Positions 58,596-64,000 of a stretch of 64,000 bases of DNA are shown here, one piece after another (position 1 is the first letter of the stretch; each line of letters opens with the position of its first letter). The notes below the pieces were generated by a model. That model saw only the letters and a program-made list of their open reading frames with translations, ran no database searches and was not told the origin of the DNA. Position numbers and translations under genes: made by a program. The DNA comes from an uncultured Legionella sp. (lineage in GTDB: Bacteria > Pseudomonadota > Gammaproteobacteria > Legionellales > Legionellaceae), in NCBI GenBank assembly GCA_964648115.1, contig CAZYME010000005.1, forward strand, positions 31,755 through 95,754. Direction: 5' to 3'.

Positions 58596-60320
58596 TTAGT
58601 CAACGGTTACCCGGTTGACCTCCTCTATGGTGGTGATGCCTTGCTTAATTTTTTCAAGACCAGCTTGATATACAGTGAGCATGCCTTCTATCTGGGCTTG
58701 TTTAAGCAGATCTAATGAGGTTCCACCAGACATGATCATTTGCCCTAGTGCTTTTGACATCGGCATGACCTCAAACAAGCCAATTCGACCACGATAACCA
58801 TTTGTGCATTGAGTGCAGCCTACAGCTTTGTGCGGCTGCATGATTTTTGCATCCGCTTCTGTAAATCCTAACTCGATCAAACTTTGAGGTGTTATGTCAT
58901 CACGTACCGCTTTACAATGCTCGCATAGCTTTCTGACTAAGCGCTGCGCGATAATTAAGCTCACTGAGCTCGCGATATTAAACGATGGAACACCCATGTT
59001 GACCAACCTGGTCAACGTTTCAGATGCGCTGTTGGTGTGCAAAGTTGATAATACTAAATGCCCCGTTTGTGAAGCTTTAACGGCAATCTCGGCAGTTTCT
59101 AGATCTCTTATCTCACCCACCATGATAATATCTGGATCTTGCCGTAAAAATGCACGAAGAGTTCCAGAAAATGTCAGTCCTGCTTTAGGGTTGATATTTA
59201 CCTGATTGATGCCAGACACTTTTATTTCAACTGGGTCTTCGGCAGTAGATATATTTTTTTCAATCGTATTTAGTATATTTAACGCAGTATAGAGCGTAAC
59301 TGTTTTACCACTACCTGTTGGGCCTGTTACTAAGATCATTCCCTGAGGGCGTTCAATTGCACGTAAGAAATGCCCTTGTTGATTTTCGCTAAAACCTAAA
59401 GATTCAATGCCAAGCTTAGTTGAGCCAGGATCAAGTATACGCATCACTATTTTTTCACCCGCGACAGTGGGGCAGCTACTTACGCGGAAATCAATGGCAC
59501 GGGTGCGTGACAGTTTCATTTTGAATCGACCGTCTTGAGGAATGCGCCTTTCAGAAATATCAAGACTTGACATCACCTTAACGCGGGCAGCAATACGTGC
59601 TGATAAGCCAGCGGGTGGTGAGGCAATTTCGTTAAGCAAACCGTCTTGACGATAGCGTATACGGTATTCACGTTCGTAGGGCTCAAAGTGAATATCTGAA
59701 ACACCTTTCTTAATAGCATCGATCAGAATTCGATTAACGAATTTTACGACTGGCGCATCATCACTTGATACTCCTGATGATGTTTCAGTTTCTTTCTCCT
59801 CTTCATCTGCGCTGAACTCTAATCCTTCTAGGTCTTGAGACTCTTCAAAATAATCTGACAAACCTTGGCTTTCTTTTTGATGAAGCAGCTTATCGATCAG
59901 CTCATATAATTTGTCGGTTTCAACTACAACAGGGGTCACATTGAGACCTGTGTGAAATTGAATCTCTTTTAATGACGCCTGCTTACTAGGGTCATCTGTT
60001 GCCAGATACAACTGTGTTCCTCTATTGTACAATGGGACCAAATTATGGCGTCGTATTAATTTTTCGCTAACAAGCGATACCGGCATTAAATCTGGTTCCA
60101 TGCTATTAAGATCGATCATAGCTAAGCCAAAATGAGCTGCTACTTCTAGTGCAATTTTCTTAGCTGAGATAACATTGTTAGTTGCTAAATATTGCAGAAG
60201 ACTAATTTTGCTTGATGATGCAAGCTGTTGAAAATGCAATGCTTTTTCTTTATCCAAAAGATTTTCTTGGACTAAAAGAGTGGCAATTCCTTGTAAACGA
60301 TCTTCTTCGGCAGCAGGCAT
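58596..60320 (-). CDS. pilB: Type IV pilus assembly ATPase
   Basis: GspII_E N-terminal domain, Walker A GPTGSGKT, Asp box, His box (GHLVLSTLHTN), and the tetracysteine CEHC...CTQC. Confidence 0.95.
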   Translation of the reverse strand: MPAAEEDRLQGIATLLVQENLLDKEKALHFQQLASSSKISLLQYLATNNVISAKKIALEVAAHFGLAMIDLNSMEPDLMPVSLVSEKLIRRHNLVPLYNRGTQLYLATDDPSKQASLKEIQFHTGLNVTPVVVETDKLYELIDKLLHQKESQGLSDYFEESQDLEGLEFSADEEEKETETSSGVSSDDAPVVKFVNRILIDAIKKGVSDIHFEPYEREYRIRYRQDGLLNEIASPPAGLSARIAARVKVMSSLDISERRIPQDGRFKMKLSRTRAIDFRVSSCPTVAGEKIVMRILDPGSTKLGIESLGFSENQQGHFLRAIERPQGMILVTGPTGSGKTVTLYTALNILNTIEKNISTAEDPVEIKVSGINQVNINPKAGLTFSGTLRAFLRQDPDIIMVGEIRDLETAEIAVKASQTGHLVLSTLHTNSASETLTRLVNMGVPSFNIASSVSLIIAQRLVRKLCEHCKAVRDDITPQSLIELGFTEADAKIMQPHKAVGCTQCTNGYRGRIGLFEVMPMSKALGQMIMSGGTSLDLLKQAQIEGMLTVYQAGLEKIKQGITTIEEVNRVTVD

Positions 60321-60412
60321 AATAGATACATTGTCTATAAATATATGATAACTATAGACAAAAAGTGGGAATGGTGCATTAATAATTAGCGGTAATTACT
60401 CAAATTTAAGAT

Positions 60413-60498
60413 CTGTAGCCTGGATCGAGTGCAGCGTAATCTTGGATTTCCGTGCCACAATCTCCCGGATTAGGGCTTCGCCATTATTCAGGCTACGG
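60413..60498. repeat. REP-like palindrome CTGTAGCCTGGAT...ATTCAGGCTACGG
   Basis: Imperfect long hairpin followed by T7, in the pilB / methyltransferase divergent gap. Confidence 0.65.
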
Positions 60499-60563
60499 TT
60501 TTTTTCTTAAGTTGACGCCATTGAGTGAGCAGATGTATAACTTAACGATTTGAGGTATGGGCC

Positions 60564-61328
60564 TTGCTTCTTGATGAACAAGCAAATAAATATCGTGCAC
60601 TAGACGAGTGGTTTCAACTTCCACAAGGGCGTCGTGTAGCATATGCGTTTTCTATGGAGTTAACGCAAGTAAGCGATCAGCTCAATGGTAATAAATTATT
60701 ACAATTAGGTAGCTGTGGCGAGAACCCATGGCTATCAACACTAAAATTTCGGCATAAACACTTAGTTAGTCCCTGCGCAGTTACCCACAAATCCTTGATA
60801 ATTTCTTCTCTTACAACTTTACCCATAGAGAGGGATAGTATTGACTGTGTTATTGCACCACTTACCTTAGAAGCATTTTCAGCAGGTAAAAATCCGCTTA
60901 GTGAAATTGATCGGGTATTAAAACCGATGGGTTATGCAATTTTTTTTGGGATTAACCCTTGGAGTTTTTGGGGAGCCGCGCTACGCATGAAGCGGCTAGC
61001 CTGTTTTGGACCTGGTGGGGATTCTACGCTTACTTCCTCCCTTGCTGTAAGACGGATGATGCTACAACGTGGGTATAGGCAATGCGCTTTGACTAGCTTT
61101 TATTATATCCCTCCTGTTACCAGCGAATTTTTAATCCAAAAATTAGCATTTTTTAATGAGATGGGAAAAATGGTCTGGCCGTTTCCGGCAGCCTTTTATT
61201 GCTTTATAGCGCAAAAATATCAGCACTGTCATCCTTCATTGCTTGCAGAAGTGGTTAATACTGGATTGGTAGAGCCGAAATCTACATTACAAGCGGCTGG
61301 TAAATGGATTCATGACGAATTGATTTGA
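60564..61328 (+). CDS. YafS-like class I SAM-dependent methyltransferase-fold protein
   Basis: TTG start per the track. LLQLGSCGE (degenerate motif I), DCVIAPLTLE and VLKPMGYAIFFGINP. Confidence 0.5.
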   Translation: MLLDEQANKYRALDEWFQLPQGRRVAYAFSMELTQVSDQLNGNKLLQLGSCGENPWLSTLKFRHKHLVSPCAVTHKSLIISSLTTLPIERDSIDCVIAPLTLEAFSAGKNPLSEIDRVLKPMGYAIFFGINPWSFWGAALRMKRLACFGPGGDSTLTSSLAVRRMMLQRGYRQCALTSFYYIPPVTSEFLIQKLAFFNEMGKMVWPFPAAFYCFIAQKYQHCHPSLLAEVVNTGLVEPKSTLQAAGKWIHDELI

Positions 61329-61382
61329 ACACCGGTTAGATGTTTTTGTATACTAGCCATCTTTTATGACTTGGTGTATTTG

Positions 61383-61709
61383 ATGACCAATAAAACTCTT
61401 TATCGAGTAACATTTGCTTATTTAGAGAATATCTACGAAATTTACGCTCGTAAAATCCACGAAAGCGATATGTTTGGTTTTCTTGTAGTCGAAGATTTTG
61501 TCTTTGGTGAAAATACGGCTTTAGTGGTTGATCCCTCTGAGGAGCGTTTAAAGCTGGAATTTAATGGGGTTAAGCGCACATTTATTCCAATGCATTCTGT
61601 ATTCCGTATTGATGAAGTGAATAAACGAGGGGTTGCTAAGGTGCGAGAGAGATCACCTGATGCTAACAAAATTACTATGTTCCCTGTGCCAGGGAAACCA
61701 AAAGATTGA
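61383..61709 (+). CDS. DUF1820-like small protein
   Basis: Start moved to MTNKTLYRVTF. YRVTFAYLENIYEIYARKI..SDMFGFL.VEDFVFGE......DPSEERLK.EF.GVKRTFIPMHSV.RIDEV is the pattern I associate with DUF1820. Confidence 0.5.
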   Translation: MTNKTLYRVTFAYLENIYEIYARKIHESDMFGFLVVEDFVFGENTALVVDPSEERLKLEFNGVKRTFIPMHSVFRIDEVNKRGVAKVRERSPDANKITMFPVPGKPKD

Positions 61710-61733
61710 GCGTTAACAACACTAGGAAACCAT

Positions 61734-62294
61734 ATGTCCATTCCAGAAAAAATTAAACAAGTTTATGAGCAATCCACCTGTTTATACACTACCGATGATA
61801 TTGAAGCCGCGCTCGACAGAATGGCCAGTCAGATCCATCAGCAATTAAGTGATAAAAATCCAATAATTTTATGCGTCATGATTGGTGGGATGGTGCCCAT
61901 GGCAAACCTATTACTGCGTTTAGATTTTCCATTAGAAGTTGACTACGTCCACGCAACACGTTACTCCGGCGAGATCACAGGTGGCACGTTAGAATGGAGA
62001 GTGCGACCGAGTGTTGATCTGAAGGGAAGGGCAGTATTGGTTGTTGATGATATTCTTGATGGTGGAGTCACATTAGCAGCTATTCTTGATGAAGTTAAAT
62101 CGATGGGTGCTTCAGATGTTTACAGCGCTGTTTTGGTGGATAAACACCATAAACGCCATGAAAATGGATTAAAAAACGCCGATTTTGTGGGCTTAGAAAT
62201 TGACGACCATTACATTTTTGGTTATGGCATGGATTACAATGAGTATTTACGCAATGCGCCGGGAATATTTGTTGTGGCACCAGAGCACGAATAA
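61734..62294 (+). CDS. hpt: Hypoxanthine-guanine phosphoribosyltransferase
   Basis: PRPP-binding loop [17 protein letters not shown] and [12 protein letters not shown], typical of 6-oxopurine PRTases. Confidence 0.85.
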   Translation: MSIPEKIKQVYEQSTCLYTTDDIEAALDRMASQIHQQLSDKNPIILCVMIGGMVPMANLLLRLDFPLEVDYVHATRYSGEITGGTLEWRVRPSVDLKGRAVLVVDDILDGGVTLAAILDEVKSMGASDVYSAVLVDKHHKRHENGLKNADFVGLEIDDHYIFGYGMDYNEYLRNAPGIFVVAPEHE

Positions 62295-62312
62295 GAAGCG
62301 CATTCTATTGTG

Positions 62313-62459
62313 GTTCCTTCGCCCCGCGAGGGGGGTAAGGTGCCAGATAGGGCGGATTAGCGATGATCATAAAAATTTACAACAAAAATATATTTTTTTG
62401 ATTTAACTTACCCTCACCTGCCCTGTCGGGCATCCTCTCCCATCAATGCAAGAGGAGCA
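62313..62459. repeat. TTCCTTCGCCCCGCGAGGGG...CCATCAATGCAAGAGGAGC element, copy 2 (full inverted-arm version)
   Basis: Left arm GGGGGTAAGGTGCCAGATAGGGCGG and right arm CCCTCACCTGCCCTGTCGGGCATCCTCTCCC are inverted relatives. Lies between convergent genes. Confidence 0.8.
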
Positions 62460-62466
62460 TCAGCTA

Positions 62467-63186
62467 CTACTTTTCCTCCAATTTTTTGACGCTTGTCTCT
62501 GGAGAAGGGAACGACCGTAACGCGAGCGTTATTTGCTGATATAGCTCAGGTAACCAGCGCGGTTGGGCGAAGGATGAGGTTGCAGGTTTGGTTTTGCGCA
62601 GATCATTTGGTGCAATAATTACTTGTGTATGGCTCAAGCCGACACGGTGAACAAGCAAGAACAATTGATCAATAGCTTTGTCGCCCACGGCAAGGCATCC
62701 TACTGACATCGATTTACCATGTAAAAATATACTTCCGCCTAAATTATGTCGGCCATCTTTAAAAGCCTGCAAGCGATCAAAATTGTTTGGATAGTTAATC
62801 ATCATCGATAAATGCATAGAGCTAAAGGGATTGAGTGTAGTTAGCCTGTAAACCCCCTCAGGGATTTGTAAATCACGCTCTTTAAGCTTGGGGCCTAAAC
62901 GCCCACTATAAGCAGTCATAGCATAGGTATGAATGTAGCGCCATTGTGTATTTTCGTCTTTAGCCCACAGTTGAATTTTTCGTTCTTGCTTAAACGCTAA
63001 CAACGCTATATCACGAGGAGGATAAGTGACGCCGGCATGAGTAACCCATCTTTTTAATTCCGGCTCCATTCGGAGGCCGTACCTTTTGATGGCATTATCA
63101 ACAGCCTTATCCCAATTTAATTTGGGTGCCATGCCGTATATCTGAGCAGCGTTTAACACTAAAAAAATAAAGATAAATCGACGCAT
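62467..63186 (-). CDS. L,D-transpeptidase (YkuD) family protein
   Basis: Start moved to MRRFIFIFLVLNAAQIYG (signal peptide). IFLHGKSMSVGCLAV has the His...Cys catalytic motif. Confidence 0.7.
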   Translation of the reverse strand: MRRFIFIFLVLNAAQIYGMAPKLNWDKAVDNAIKRYGLRMEPELKRWVTHAGVTYPPRDIALLAFKQERKIQLWAKDENTQWRYIHTYAMTAYSGRLGPKLKERDLQIPEGVYRLTTLNPFSSMHLSMMINYPNNFDRLQAFKDGRHNLGGSIFLHGKSMSVGCLAVGDKAIDQLFLLVHRVGLSHTQVIIAPNDLRKTKPATSSFAQPRWLPELYQQITLALRSFPSPETSVKKLEEK

Positions 63187-63268
63187 AATTCCATGTATTC
63201 TTATATTTTGATGAATAGTAGCAAAAGTGGCGCAACAGGACAATTTATAGCCATATTGTGATAATGTT

Positions 63269-63874
63269 TCATTTCTCCTTGTTATCCGCTTTGACCTCAA
63301 CTTTTAATTGTCGCGTCAAATGATTGAGTAAAAATGCTGGTGAAACATCCAATTGCCCCATAGAGGGAAGGATTCCATAATGATTAGGGCACATATAGTT
63401 TATATGGCCATCTAAACCCACTTTGTAAAATACATACCGATAAGCGCAATAATCAACAGGGGTAAAGGTCGCTACTTGCATAATGGGTGTCCCTACACGT
63501 CTATTTTCAATAAAATAGGCATTTACCCAAAGGTTAGTAAGCAATAGTATGCCACCAACAACTAGGCATGCTGATATTAATCCTGTGAGGTAGCGGGTTG
63601 GTTTTTTTTGAAGCAAAGGTAGTTTAAAAAACAAATAAAGTAGTGTGATAATTAAAACGATTAAATTAATGGAGTAGATGGCTGCATTTTTATATCCAAA
63701 ATAAGTCCCTAATATTTCGCCGCCTGCAGCTTGATAATTCAACATAAGCGCAATTAAGGTTAGCCAAAGTGCGCCTATAATACAGTTGGTACGCCTCATT
63801 ATTATCCCAGCAACGAGTAAAGCAATACCCAACAATGGAAGCAAAATATAAAGCAAATTTGATAATGTATCCAT
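63269..63874 (-). CDS. Hypothetical membrane protein
   Basis: Four N-terminal TM helices followed by a Cys/Tyr-containing soluble tail. No recognisable motif. Confidence 0.5.
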   Translation of the reverse strand: MDTLSNLLYILLPLLGIALLVAGIIMRRTNCIIGALWLTLIALMLNYQAAGGEILGTYFGYKNAAIYSINLIVLIITLLYLFFKLPLLQKKPTRYLTGLISACLVVGGILLLTNLWVNAYFIENRRVGTPIMQVATFTPVDYCAYRYVFYKVGLDGHINYMCPNHYGILPSMGQLDVSPAFLLNHLTRQLKVEVKADNKEK

Positions 63875-64000
63875 CGCATTAATCCTTTAAAGCAATATTC
63901 AAAATAAATATCATTTTATATCACTAATGTAGGGAAGTCGCTACTAGGTATGCGACAGCTAATTACTTTTTCTCATCTTCGTGTGTAGCTGGTTCTTTAA

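Noticed and set aside
63963-64000. 3' end of a minus-strand ORF (...EPATHEDEKK-stop) at the right edge
   Set aside because: Only 12 codons are visible, which is too short to support a call.
1-64000. tRNA, rRNA, tmRNA, prophage or IS elements
   Set aside because: I found no cloverleaf-like T-arm (GGTTCGAATCC-type) sequences, no rRNA-like stretches, and no transposase, integrase or phage structural genes on either strand.

Overview
This is an AT-rich gammaproteobacterial chromosome segment. Its gene content and intergenic palindromic repeat families look like a Legionella-type (Legionellales) genome, but that is inference because no search was possible. About 60 CDS are supported.

Housekeeping backbone:
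- glnD (partial), rpsB-tsf-pyrH-frr, ubiG, putA, acnA
- uspA, folK-pcnB, terC-hemJ, hemL, a PhzF-like gene
- prpB-prpC-prpD, ppsR, a CPA2 antiporter, htpX, pilB-pilC-pilD, hpt

No rRNA, tRNA, CRISPR array, transposase or integrase was seen.

Features added beyond the ORF track:
- a 58-aa rubredoxin
- a disrupted hsp20 gene
- three sigma32-type promoters
- several rho-independent terminators
- at least five palindromic or MITE-like repeat families
- a probable RsmY/RsmZ-like CsrA-sponge sRNA with a LetA/GacA-type box, next to a small ProQ/FinO gene

Most interesting observations:
1. The Rsm-like sRNA locus (14.06-14.36 kb).
2. A three-gene module (24.0-26.1 kb) in which two unrelated Gly/Tyr-rich secreted proteins flank a DoxX/DoxD-like membrane protein.
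3. A translationally coupled kaiC-kaiB-PAS/GGDEF/EAL operon. There is no kaiA, and KaiC carries a long coiled-coil tail.
4. A small heat-shock island holding the hsp20 pseudogene, htpX, an HPF-like gene and a signal-peptide-bearing alpha-crystallin protein.
5. Orphan coiled-coil or eukaryote-like proteins that look like secreted-effector candidates (26.2-27.9 kb and 32.0-34.9 kb).
6. A non-canonical arginine succinyltransferase operon that lacks astC and astE and is split by a MITE-like element. An inverted twin of that element lies 9.7 kb away.

All functional calls come from by-eye motif recognition. The sRNA 5' end, the promoter calls and the domain assignments for orphan proteins are provisional.
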